Source of the DNA: Rhodospirillales bacterium
GTDB taxonomy: Bacteria; Pseudomonadota; Alphaproteobacteria; Bin95
Assembly (NCBI GenBank): GCA_038143065.1
Contig: JAYQLI010000035.1
Location: forward strand, 1,440,894 to 1,504,893
Length of the DNA stretch: 64,000 nucleotides
Direction: 5' to 3'
Shown here: one piece after another, positions 32,784 through 42,871 of the stretch
Position numbering within the stretch: position 1 is the stretch's first letter
Layout of the letters: the number at the start of each line of letters is the position of its first letter
Position numbers and translations under genes: made by a program
The notes under the pieces: generated by a model
What the model was told of the DNA's origin: nothing
The model's input: only the letters and a program-made list of their open reading frames with translations
Database searches by the model: none

Positions 32784-34505
32784 ATGGCCGATACACAGAC
32801 AGCGCCCACTAACAATGAAGACTTTGCTAGTTTACTCGAAGACTCTCTCACCGAGATGGATGGTTTCGAGGGAACAGTTCAGAAGGGCGTAGTTATCGCC
32901 GTAGATCACGATAGTGTGCTCGTAGATGTTGGTTTAAAAGCCGAAGGTCGTGTTCCACTCAAAGAGTTTGGAGCACCTGGACAACCAGCCGAATTAAAAA
33001 TTGGTGACGTAGTAGACGTATACGTTGAGCGACTTGAAGACCGTAACGGCGAAGCTGTACTTTCGCGAGACAAGGCTCGCAGAGAAGAATCCTGGCAGCA
33101 ACTTGAGAATGCTTTCAACGGTACCGAGCGGGTCAAAGGAATCATCTTTGGCCGTGTCAAAGGTGGTTTCACCGTTGACTTGGCTGGTGCAGTCGCGTTC
33201 CTTCCTGGAAGCCAGGTTGATATCCGACCTGTACGTGATATTGGCCCTCTAATGGGTACACCACAACCATTCCAGATTTTAAAGATGGATAGGGCTAGAG
33301 GAAATATTGTTGTTTCCCGCCGCGCTGTTCTGGAAGAGAGCCGAGCAGAGGCCAGAACCGAACTGATATCAAATCTCGCAGAGGGACAAGTTCTGCAGGG
33401 CGTCGTCAAAAACATCACGGACTATGGTGCATTTATCGATCTAGGTGGTGTTGATGGTCTATTGCATGTCACTGACATCGCTTGGCGCCGCGTGAATCAT
33501 CCATCTGACGCACTGCAAATTGGTCAAAGTGTGACTGTGCAGGTAATTCGCTTCAACTCTGAAACTCAGCGTATTAGCCTCGGCATGAAACAGTTGGAAA
33601 CTGATCCGTGGGAAGGAGCACTGGCCAAGTACCCAATTGATGCTCAGTTCTCCGGAAGGGTGACCAACATCACAGACTATGGCGCCTTTGTTGAATTAGA
33701 GCCTGGCGTTGAAGGACTAGTGCACGTTTCTGAAATGAGTTGGACCAAGAAAAACGTGCATCCTGGAAAGATTGTCTCTACTAGCCAAGAAGTCGAGGTG
33801 CAGGTCTTAGAAGTAGACTCAGATAAACGCCGCATCAGCCTTGGAATCAAGCAAACTCAGCGCAACCCATGGGAGGTCTTCTTAGAGGGCCACCCCGTTG
33901 GCTCTGAAATTGAAGGCGAAGTGCGGAACATCACTGAGTTTGGTCTTTTCTTAGGCCTTCCTGGTGACATTGATGGTATGGTCCACTTATCAGATCTTGA
34001 TTGGGAACGCTCAGGCGATGAAGCAATCAAAGATTATGAGCGTGGGCAAACTCTCAAGGCACAGGTGCTAGATGTTGATCCAGAGAAAGAGCGTATCAGC
34101 CTTGGTATTAAGCAGCTAGTTGAAGATCCATTTGAAGCAGCCCTGGGTGAAGGTGAACAAATGCGTCGTGGCGCAGTAGTCACTGGCACCATCTCATCTG
34201 TCACTGAAAATGGTTTAGAGCTGGATCTTGGCAACGAGCTGACTGGATTTATTCGTAAATCAGATCTGGCTCGCCAGCGGAGTGAACAGCGGACTGACCG
34301 TTTTGCCGTAGGTGAGCGGATAGACGCAATGGTAATGCAGATCGATCGCAATAATCGCCGGATCACCATGTCAATTAAGGCGAGTGAGATCGCGGATGAA
34401 AAGGAGGCTATGGCACAATTTGGTTCATCCGACTCAGGTGCCAGCCTTGGTGACATCCTGGGCGCAGCGTTGCGGAACCGACAACAAGAAGAGGATGAAG
34501 CATAA
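32784..34505 (+). CDS. rpsA: 30S ribosomal protein S1
   Basis: Six S1 repeats (VKNITDYGAF, GLLHVTD, GLVHVSEMSW); SGASLGDILG tail. Confidence 0.98.
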   Translation: MADTQTAPTNNEDFASLLEDSLTEMDGFEGTVQKGVVIAVDHDSVLVDVGLKAEGRVPLKEFGAPGQPAELKIGDVVDVYVERLEDRNGEAVLSRDKARREESWQQLENAFNGTERVKGIIFGRVKGGFTVDLAGAVAFLPGSQVDIRPVRDIGPLMGTPQPFQILKMDRARGNIVVSRRAVLEESRAEARTELISNLAEGQVLQGVVKNITDYGAFIDLGGVDGLLHVTDIAWRRVNHPSDALQIGQSVTVQVIRFNSETQRISLGMKQLETDPWEGALAKYPIDAQFSGRVTNITDYGAFVELEPGVEGLVHVSEMSWTKKNVHPGKIVSTSQEVEVQVLEVDSDKRRISLGIKQTQRNPWEVFLEGHPVGSEIEGEVRNITEFGLFLGLPGDIDGMVHLSDLDWERSGDEAIKDYERGQTLKAQVLDVDPEKERISLGIKQLVEDPFEAALGEGEQMRRGAVVTGTISSVTENGLELDLGNELTGFIRKSDLARQRSEQRTDRFAVGERIDAMVMQIDRNNRRITMSIKASEIADEKEAMAQFGSSDSGASLGDILGAALRNRQQEEDEA

Positions 34506-34546
34506 TCAGCTTCTAATCTTTTGAAGATTAGTCTTATAACCATGGT

Positions 34547-34587
34547 TTATTATCGGCCAGCACCTAAGCTGGCCGATAATTTTTTAT
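34547..34587 (+). terminator. Rho-independent terminator after rpsA
   Basis: ATTATCGGCCAGC-acctaa-GCTGGCCGATAAT followed by TTTTT. Confidence 0.88.
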
Positions 34588-34737
34588 AAACATACTCTGC
34601 CGCGTACATTTAAATAACTTAGATGGCCTCCAATTTTCGCTATATTCTGCTGGGTAATTCTCAAAATTAAAAAATATTGTGGCTTTCGGTATGCTTGAGC
34701 TAAACTTCATAAAGCAAAAGACCTGGAGGCGTCCTTT

Positions 34738-35028
34738 ATGACCCGCTCACAGCTGATCGCTCGTCTCACAGAGCGCAATCCTCATTTAACTAGTCACGAC
34801 ATTGAAAAAGTGGTTAACACCGTTTTTGATGAAATTTCCGATGCCTTATCTCGTGGAGATCGCGTAGAGCTCAGAGGATTTGGTGCTTTTTCAGTTAAGC
34901 TCCGAGAATCTCGAATGGGTCGCAATCCCAGGACCGGTGAAGCAGTCGATGTTGATAGTAAAAACACGCCTTACTTCAAAACAGGTAAAGAATTACGAGA
35001 CCGTCTAAATCCAAGTAATACTGAATGA
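34738..35028 (+). CDS. ihfB: Integration host factor beta subunit
   Basis: [42 protein letters not shown]. Confidence 0.96.
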   Translation: MTRSQLIARLTERNPHLTSHDIEKVVNTVFDEISDALSRGDRVELRGFGAFSVKLRESRMGRNPRTGEAVDVDSKNTPYFKTGKELRDRLNPSNTE

Positions 35029-35259
35029 AGCGTTTTTAGACCAAATTTACAGTAACTCTGTTGTCATATCACTGACCTTGGTGGTTAGAAAATCGGTGTT
35101 GAGCAATTATGAGATGATCGCCTCTTCGTTCTGAGACACATTCCTTTCAAAATTTAAGAAAAACTGGCTAATTTTTTTTCGACATTAGCTGCCACACCAT
35201 AGCAATTAGCTGTAACTGCAAGTAACTTTTGCCAAGCAATCTCAAAGGGTAGGAAGATA

Positions 35260-37634
35260 GTGGGGAACCAAAGTCCACCGAGACCAAATGGTATTGGTGT
35301 ATCTGTGAAGCGCGTCGAAGACTTACGATTGACTAGAGGTTGTGGTCTCTATGCAAGCGACGTCAAACTTGAGTCTATGGCGTATGCCGCTTTTCTTCGA
35401 TCACCCCACCCACACGCAAGAATTGTTGAAATAGACACATCCATTGCTGCATCTATGCCAAACGTCTTGGGTGTCCTCACCGGAGCAGATGCCATCAATG
35501 ATGGAATGAAACCCATTCCCCACAATCCTGATTGGCAAGGCCCACCTGATGCTGAACTCAGACTGCCGTTAGGATTTGACGTTTTTACGTCTGAAAATAT
35601 GCCTATGCCGCCTAACATTGTGCGTTATGTTGGCGAACCCATAGCAATGACAGTCGCTAAAACTGCTGCTGAGGCCCAGGATGCCATAGAGGCCATAGAA
35701 GTTACCTTTGAAGTTCTTCCAGCCTACACGGATTCAAAGAATCCACTGCACCTGGTGCGTATGAAATTTGGCCAGGCTGTGCCGGAAATATTGCTCTGCA
35801 AGCGGAAGTAGGCAGTGCTGCGGATGCGTCAGATGCTTTTAATAAAGCAGCTCATGTTGTTCGATTAGAAACATGGATTAATCGGATCAATGGCGTGCCT
35901 ATGGAGCCACGGACCGTCGTTGGTAACTATAGTCAAACAGAAGATTCCTATACTCTTTATGCAGCATCTGGGAGAGGCGCGGTACAAACAAGGGAACGAC
36001 TTGCTACTGTACTGGGCGTACCTCTCACAAAATGTCGTGCTGTTTTTGGTGATATGGGAGGAAACTTCGGAACGCGCAATGCGTTCTCTCCAGAATTTGC
36101 TTTAGTCCCATGGGCAGCCAGACGGGTTGGTTGTCCAGTAAAATGGGTAGGGACACGAAGCGAGTGCTTTCTATCTGATTATCAGGGGAGAGATCTCCGT
36201 TCTACTGCAGAACTTGCCCTATCGGCAGACGGAAAGTTTTTGGGCCTTCGGGGCCACAATACAATGAACCTTGGAGCTTATTCAGTTTATTTCTGGCCTC
36301 TGCGCAAGGGATTATCGATGATGCAGGGAGTATACAACATCCCTGCCATTCATTTCCGCGGAGAAGCCGTTTTCACCAATTTGCCTCCGACGGCTGTTTA
36401 TCGAAGTGCAGGTCGACCTGAAGCAATTTTCATTGTGGAACGGCTAATCGATATGGCCGCAGAGGAAATGGATTTTGACCCAGTAGAACTTCGTTCTCGC
36501 AATCTAATCCAACCCCAATCCATGCCTTTCACCACACCCGTTGGTGTGACATACGACAGCGGCGATTATCCAGCCTCCATGAAGGAAGTTTTAGAGGCTG
36601 CTAACTGGATAACCTTTCCAGAGAGAAGAGCCCAATCCGAAACCTCAGGAAAGAAACGCGGAATAGCGATTGCTAATTACATTGAAGTCACCAGTGGCAT
36701 TCCACGCGAGCGTGTTGAACTGAGGGTTGCCCAAGATGGAATGGTTGAATTCGTTGTAGGAACCATGTCGAGTGGCCAAAGTCATGAGACCACCTTCCCT
36801 CAAGTTGCTAGCGAGTGGCTGGGAGTACCATTCGATAAAATTCGTTTTATCGCAAATGACACCGCAAGAGTAAGTGTTGGCGGAGGTTCTCACTCTGGAC
36901 GTTCTATGCGACTTGTGACAATTGCATTAAATCAAGCCATTGAAGCACTTATAGCTCGCGGCAAGGCTATTTTTGCTCATATAACTAATGTTCCCGACAA
37001 CGAGATTTCTTATGAAGAGGGATCCTTCGTGGGGCCAAGCGGGCAAAGTATGGATCTTTGGCAGGTCAGGGATGCCGCTGAAACTTTAAATAGTCTGCCT
37101 AGTAACCTCAAAGGACATTTCGAGGGTATAGGAGATATTGTAAATCGCGTTGGCGGATATCCCTATGGCTCACATGTCTGCGAGGTTGAGGTTGACCCTG
37201 AGACCGGTGTTGTTGAAATCCTTAAGTGGACTGGAGTTGACGATGTCGGTAACGCAATTAATCCAATGGTATTACATGGACAGGCTCACGGTGCTATTGC
37301 CCAAGGGTTGGGCCAGGCACTTTTTGAACATTGCAAATATGATGATCAAACAGGCCAACTGCTTGCAGGCTCCTTCATGGACTACGCTGTTCCGCGGGCG
37401 GATGTAACCCCGCCTATGCATACATTAATTTCAGAAATTCCAGCTAGCTCACATCCTTTTGGAATTCGGCCCGGAGGTGAAGGTGGAACAACACCAGCAC
37501 TAGCGGTTGTGATATCTGCAATAGTAGACGCTTTGAAAGATTATGGCGTTAAACACATAGAGATGCCTGCAACGCCAGAACGCGTCTGGCAGGCTATAAA
37601 ACATGCATCAGAGAGCGATCAAAAAACGATCTAA
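35260..37634 (+). CDS. Xanthine dehydrogenase/CoxL-family molybdopterin-binding subunit; frameshift near 35745
   Basis: IGVSVKRVEDLRLTRG, RSPHPHARI, PMEPR, MGGNFG, YRSAGRPE, SGQSHET, EVEVDPETG, GQAHG, GEGG. Confidence 0.9.
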
Positions 37635-37684
37635 AGTAATTTAACAGAAATTATAATTGCGTTTTTTAATAGTCGAAGGACCAA

Positions 37685-39730
37685 ATGATCAGAATAGGTA
37701 TTGATGTTGGTGGAACATTTACTGACCTGACGTTACTGCAGGGTGCCAACGCCATCCACCACAAGACGCCTTCAACGCCAAAGGAACCCGCACGCGCTAT
37801 TGAAACCGGTTTACGTGAAATTCTAAAACTTGCCTCTGTTACTCCTGATCAAGTCAATTGGATCGGTCATGGAACGACTGTCGCCACTAACATGGCTATC
37901 GAGAGGAATGGTGCCAAAACGGCATTAGTAACGACCAAGGGCTTTCGTGATGTCTTAGAAATTGCAAGACAAACACGCCCCAATCTCTACGACTACCGCG
38001 TCACTCGCCCACCTGCTCTAGCTCCCCGGCGGAATCGAGTAGAGGTTACAGAACGCCTTGACCAGGAAGGTTCTATCCTAATCCCTCTGGATACAAAGTC
38101 TGTAACAGATGCTGGTAAAAACTTTTTAGATGCGGGGATAGAAGCGATAGCTGTTGTTTTCCTCCACAGTTATCGAAACCCAATCCATGAACAGCAAGCC
38201 GAAGAAATATTGAAATCTTTACTTCCGAAGGCGTTTGTTAGTTGTTCCATCAAGGTTTCACCTGAGTTTCGCGAATTCGAAAGAACATCAACAACGGTCC
38301 TAAATGCATTTGTTGGCCCAAAAATGGCAACATATTTTGGAGACCTCCGAAATCGTGTTATCAAACTTGGCATTACAGCTGAGCCATACATAGTTCACTC
38401 CGGCGGCGGTCTCATGACACTTGAAACAGCCGAGCAAATACCAGTGAGCACTTGCCTTTCTGGTCCATCGGCAGGGGTGGCAGCCGCTGCAGCAATAGCT
38501 CTCAAAGCCGGGTTTCCAAATGTTGCAACTTTTGATGTTGGCGGCACATCAACCGATATTGGTCTCATCATTAATGGTGAAATTCGTATTTCCGCCGAAC
38601 GTGATGTAGCAGGTTATCCAGTAAGAACACCCAGCCTTGATATTTCAGTCATAGGAGCAGGAGGTGGTTCACTAGCAGTGGTTGACGTGGCGGGGGGATT
38701 GTCCGTTGGCCCACAAAGTGCCGGAGCAATCCCAGGCCCGGCAGCTTATGGAAATGGCGGCAAAGAAGCGACATTAACAGATGCTAACCTAATTCTCGGG
38801 AGACTAGATGCAAATACTGGCTTAGTTGATGGCTCTACAAAACTTGATTTAAGGGCAGCTGAAAACGCTATGACCGAGCAAGTAGCAAAACCTTTGCAGA
38901 TTACGCTGGAGAGAGCTGCTGCTGGAGTTTTGTCTGTAGCTGTAGCAAACATCGCTAGGGCTATACGTTCCGCATCATCAGAGCGAGGCCATGACCTTCG
39001 AGACATGGCTCTAATTGCATATGGCGGTGCAGGACCTCTCGTCGCCGCTGATGTCGCTCTTGAATCTGGATGTCCAGTAGTAATCGTTCCACCAGCTCCT
39101 GGCACATTATGCGCTCGTGGGATCCTGATGTCGGATCCCACAACTAGTTTTGTGGAAACAATTCTACGGTCAGCTGATGCTGAAGGCTGGCAGGTGGCGA
39201 AAGATGCATTCGGGCGGATGGATTCTTTAGGGGTTATTTGGCTAAATAAACAAACATCAGACCACACACGGCATCAAAAAAAATGGATTATTGAAGCGCG
39301 CTATCTAGGGCAAGGCTTCGAAGCGGCGACCGTGCTATTTCCTCACGATACATTATCAAGTTATACTGAACGCTTTCACCAAACCCACACGCAAGAGCAC
39401 GGTTATGATATACGCTCCCGGCAAATCGAGATCGTTAATTGCCGTTTAACCGCAACAGCTACTGGCTTCAAAACAGGACCTAACGCTGTGCTCCGCTCCA
39501 GCACAAAAATCCAGTCAATAGGAACACGGAAGGTGTGTTTCGACGGCAAAACTCTTATTGAGACTAGTATTTATGACCGATCATCCACTGGGCCAGGTCA
39601 TAAGATTTCTGGACCAGCAATCATAATAGAAAAGACAGCAACAACTGTCTTACCAGCAGATTGGGCTGCTATTGTGGATGATTATGGCAACCTTATCCTG
39701 CGCATAACCAACAGAGATAATTCAGTCTAA
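37685..39730 (+). CDS. Hydantoinase A / 5-oxoprolinase ATPase subunit family
   Basis: GIDVGGTFTD, HGTTVATN, REFERTSTT, SGPSAG, DVGGTSTD, GAGGGS, SAGAIPGPA, GPAIIIE. Confidence 0.92.
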   Translation: MIRIGIDVGGTFTDLTLLQGANAIHHKTPSTPKEPARAIETGLREILKLASVTPDQVNWIGHGTTVATNMAIERNGAKTALVTTKGFRDVLEIARQTRPNLYDYRVTRPPALAPRRNRVEVTERLDQEGSILIPLDTKSVTDAGKNFLDAGIEAIAVVFLHSYRNPIHEQQAEEILKSLLPKAFVSCSIKVSPEFREFERTSTTVLNAFVGPKMATYFGDLRNRVIKLGITAEPYIVHSGGGLMTLETAEQIPVSTCLSGPSAGVAAAAAIALKAGFPNVATFDVGGTSTDIGLIINGEIRISAERDVAGYPVRTPSLDISVIGAGGGSLAVVDVAGGLSVGPQSAGAIPGPAAYGNGGKEATLTDANLILGRLDANTGLVDGSTKLDLRAAENAMTEQVAKPLQITLERAAAGVLSVAVANIARAIRSASSERGHDLRDMALIAYGGAGPLVAADVALESGCPVVIVPPAPGTLCARGILMSDPTTSFVETILRSADAEGWQVAKDAFGRMDSLGVIWLNKQTSDHTRHQKKWIIEARYLGQGFEAATVLFPHDTLSSYTERFHQTHTQEHGYDIRSRQIEIVNCRLTATATGFKTGPNAVLRSSTKIQSIGTRKVCFDGKTLIETSIYDRSSTGPGHKISGPAIIIEKTATTVLPADWAAIVDDYGNLILRITNRDNSV

Positions 39731-40309
39731 ATCCCCCGCCAAAGCGTTCCGGGTTGGCTCTGACATAACTGCCATGTGGGAATAGTTTTCATGATCTATT
39801 CCTACAATCACTCGGGCACCTGAATTCTTCAGCACATCTGCCTGAGCATCTGACAATGGAAAGTGAACGAATTGCACACTGGAGGCCTTTCCATCCGCCG
39901 CAGTGCGGTCAACATCCTCTTCAGCCTTACCACTCACTCGCTCGCCGTTAACCTCAAGGTACATGTTCTCTTCGACACCACCCATGCGACTTAGAACGGT
40001 CTTGCGTCGCAACGGGTCATCAATTTCAAACATCACTGTTGCAATTAGCTCTCTACCCTGCGGTATGAGTGGGTTATATGCTTCAAGTTCATCCGGAACT
40101 TGTTCAGCGCCGCCTTTTTCAATGGCGAGCATCTCGTGGACTTGGTGCCACATGGTTTCGTAACTCTCAAAATAAAAAGTCGCAAAAGGTCCAACCTCTA
40201 CCCGTCGATCTTTTTTTATGAGTGACATCTCTCTCCGCTTATCCTTTCTAATTGAAAGATAAGCTTCAAGATCCATGATGTCGTCTGGATTTATTTGGCG
40301 ATTTGACAT
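39722..40309 (-). CDS. DUF3501 family protein
   Basis: RRVEVGP..FE..T..QVHEML.IEK, ELEAYNPLIP, ATVMFEI, KASSVQFVHF; downstream of rubrerythrin and the Fe-S gene. Confidence 0.9.
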   Translation of the reverse strand: MSNRQINPDDIMDLEAYLSIRKDKRREMSLIKKDRRVEVGPFATFYFESYETMWHQVHEMLAIEKGGAEQVPDELEAYNPLIPQGRELIATVMFEIDDPLRRKTVLSRMGGVEENMYLEVNGERVSGKAEEDVDRTAADGKASSVQFVHFPLSDAQADVLKNSGARVIVGIDHENYSHMAVMSEPTRNALAGDLD

Positions 40310-40326
40310 AGCTTCGTTCGATCCTC

Positions 40327-41692
40327 TTAGTATTTAAGACCGTATGCTTCGGCGAATAATTTAATTGGATGTGGGGCTTCAGATATTTTTGCCTCTGGGT
40401 CCTCGCGCTCTATTCCCTGCACGATGTGATGGCCCGCCAAAGGACACTCTGAAGCAATAAATCTTGTCTTGCCTTTTGCAGCTGCGTCGTTGATTGCCTT
40501 AGCGGCTTGACGAGCTACCGGTTTACCAACCTTCAGTGCAACTTCGAAATTTTCCTTCATTGCACCCCAAGATCCACCATGACCCGAACAGCGCTCAATA
40601 ATTGCGACCCGTGTATCTGGAATGAGACGCAACATCTCGGCCGCTTTTGGCCCCATGTTCTGAGCACGTGCGTGACAGGCGAGATGCACTGTTATGTCTC
40701 CGTCTAAAGGACCGAGACCTTCAGCGAGCCCCTCTTTCTTGGCAATATCTACGACATACTCAGCGACATCATGGGTTGCATTTGCAAGACGCTTTACATT
40801 TTCATCATCCGGTACCAGCAATGGCCACTCGAATTTCAGCATCAAGGCACAAGATGGAACCAAAGCGATAACGTCGTAACCATCATCCACCCATTTCATC
40901 ATTTCAGCAGCAACAGACCGTGCGCGCTCAGCAACACGTTCTACATTCCCCTGCTCCATTTGTGGCATTCCACAACAGCCTGCATAAGTAACCTCGGTCT
41001 GCACACCGTTCTTAGCCAACACGGCTCTTGCAGCTAAGACCTAAATCGGGTTCGTTGTAGTTACCAAAACATGTGGCATAGATAACGGCCTTACGCCCAG
41101 AAGCAGGCGCTGCCGCATTAAGCTGAGCGGGGTTTTCTGCTGCCTTTTTAACAAGTGTTTGTCCTGCAAATTTTGGCAGGGCTGCATCACGATGCACATG
41201 GACAGTCTTTTCCATGATTGGCCTAGTGATTTTATTGCTTGTATCACTGGCCCAGTTAGCAACTCCAGACACCAGACTGCCAAGACGACCATTCCGATCA
41301 GTCTCTGTTAGCTGAGACTCTACCTTGCTTCGACGACCTTGCTTAAATTCCATATGCCTGTAACGCAGCATAAGGTGCGGGAAATCTAAATCAAATTCGT
41401 GAGGCGGTACGTACGGACACTTTGTCATGAAGCAGAGATCACAAAGGGTGCAGGCGTCCACAACTCCTTTAAAATCCGAACTATCGACAGTGTCTAACTC
41501 TTCCGACGGGGCCGCATCAATCAAATCAAAGAGACGTGGGAAACTATCGCACAGGTTGAAACAGCGGCGACACCCATGGCAGATGTCAAAGATGCGACGC
41601 ATCTCTTCATCCAACTTTGCTGGATCAGTAAAATCCGGATGATTGAAATCAATCGGGTGCCGGATTGGAGCTCCTAAGCTTCCTTCGCTCAT
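40327..41692 (-). CDS. Rubrerythrin-associated Fe-S oxidoreductase (GlpC/HdrD-like, CCG domains); frameshift near 41030
   Basis: EGSLGAPIRH, CHGCRRCFNLCDSFP, CTLCDLCFMTKCPY, CCGMP, HLACH, CSGHGG, SECPLA. Confidence 0.9.
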
Positions 41693-41729
41693 CGGTGAGT
41701 TTCCCAAATATTTGTATTTAGTAGAGGAA

Positions 41730-41760
41730 ATTGGGGGCACTCAAGTTGTGCTCCCCCAAA
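41730..41760 (-). terminator. Stem-loop between rubrerythrin and the Fe-S gene (terminator/attenuator or mRNA stabiliser)
   Basis: Minus strand TTGGGGGaGCAC-aacttga-GTGCCCCCAAtttcc. Confidence 0.5.
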
Positions 41761-41775
41761 CCCCACGACTAAAGT

Positions 41776-42192
41776 TTAGCCGAGATCGTCTAACGCCTTT
41801 TGGAAACGTCCAGCATGGCTACGTTCAGCCTTTGCTAGGGTTTCAAACCAGTCAGCGATCTCGTCAAAGCCCTCTTCACGGGCTGTACGAGCCATACCAG
41901 GGTACATATCGGTGTACTCATGGGTTTCACCAGCAACAGAGGCCTTTAAGTTATCTTCTGTTGCACCCATGGCCAGACCAGTTGCAGGGTCCCCTACCTC
42001 TTCAAGATACTCAAGGTGACCATGCGCATGGCCAGTTTCGCCTTCAGCAGTTGAACGGAAAACAGCTGCTACGTCGTTATAGCCTTCGATATCTGCCTTT
42101 TGTGCAAAATACAGATATCTGCGGTTAGCCTGGCTTTCACCAGCAAACGCTTCCTTTAGATTGTCTTCAGTTTTACTTCCTTTGAGCGACAT
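41776..42192 (-). CDS. rbr: Short-type rubrerythrin (no rubredoxin domain)
   Basis: [45 protein letters not shown]. Confidence 0.95.
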   Translation of the reverse strand: MSLKGSKTEDNLKEAFAGESQANRRYLYFAQKADIEGYNDVAAVFRSTAEGETGHAHGHLEYLEEVGDPATGLAMGATEDNLKASVAGETHEYTDMYPGMARTAREEGFDEIADWFETLAKAERSHAGRFQKALDDLG

Positions 42193-42306
42193 CGACTTCT
42201 CCCTCAAACCTGTTTGTTTTAACGACCCGCTAGTTCCAGCAGATCTATCGACACCATTGTCGACCTACCACCAGTAAGTGGTAGGCAAAAGGGTGGAAGT
42301 CAATGC

Positions 42307-42323
42307 ATTAGAAGCATTCTAAA
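42307..42323. promoter_or_regulatory. Iron control element (ICE, Irr box)
   Basis: ATTAGAA-gca-TTCTAAA, one mismatch to TTTAGAA-N3-TTCTAAA; lies between irr and rbr. Confidence 0.8.
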
Positions 42324-42356
42324 TTAACATTTTTTGCTTATAGAAGTTTTTAAACT

Positions 42357-42779
42357 TTAATTACGCGTCAACCTCACGACCACATCTACTCTCTCTATTT
42401 TAGAACCTGCAGGTGCATTCGGCAGATCATCGATTGATATGGATCCGGGGGGCAAATCTTCTAGTCGATTTTCATCAACGTGAAAGAAATGGTGATGGTG
42501 AGAAACGTCGGTATCAAAATATGTACGCTCGGGACCTGCCAAGACCTCGCGGAGTAGACCAACATCAACAAATTGTCGAAGGGTATTATATACGGTCGCT
42601 AGTGATACCGGCACACCCGATTCAGAGGCTTCTGCAAAAAGCTCGTCTGCAGTGACATGTCTTGCACAGCCACTAAATAATAACCTGGCGAGCCCTATCC
42701 TCTGCCGTGTTGGCTTAAGACCAACCGCACGGATTTTTAGTTCTATGTTCTTATCAGCAATGACCATTTTATTGCCCAT
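42357..42779 (-). CDS. irr: Iron response regulator Irr (Fur family)
   Basis: GLKPTRQRIGLARLLF..RHVTAD, VSLATVYNTL.QF...GLL, YFDT..HHHHFF, VDVVVRL. Confidence 0.9.
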   Translation of the reverse strand: MGNKMVIADKNIELKIRAVGLKPTRQRIGLARLLFSGCARHVTADELFAEASESGVPVSLATVYNTLRQFVDVGLLREVLAGPERTYFDTDVSHHHHFFHVDENRLEDLPPGSISIDDLPNAPAGSKIERVDVVVRLTRN

Positions 42780-42871
42780 TGTTGATACTTCTCCCTGAGA
42801 TACCTGACACCTTCTTCTCTAGAGATAACGCGCTTGATCCAAATATCAAACTATTCTTTTTGAAGGCTCAG

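Noticed and set aside
35260-37634. True aerobic CO dehydrogenase
   Set aside because: It lacks the AYxCSFR loop and adjacent cox accessory genes.
42339-42354. Second ICE box (TATAGAA-gt-TTTTAAA)
   Set aside because: The spacer is 2 nt rather than 3 and there are two mismatches; too weak to call.
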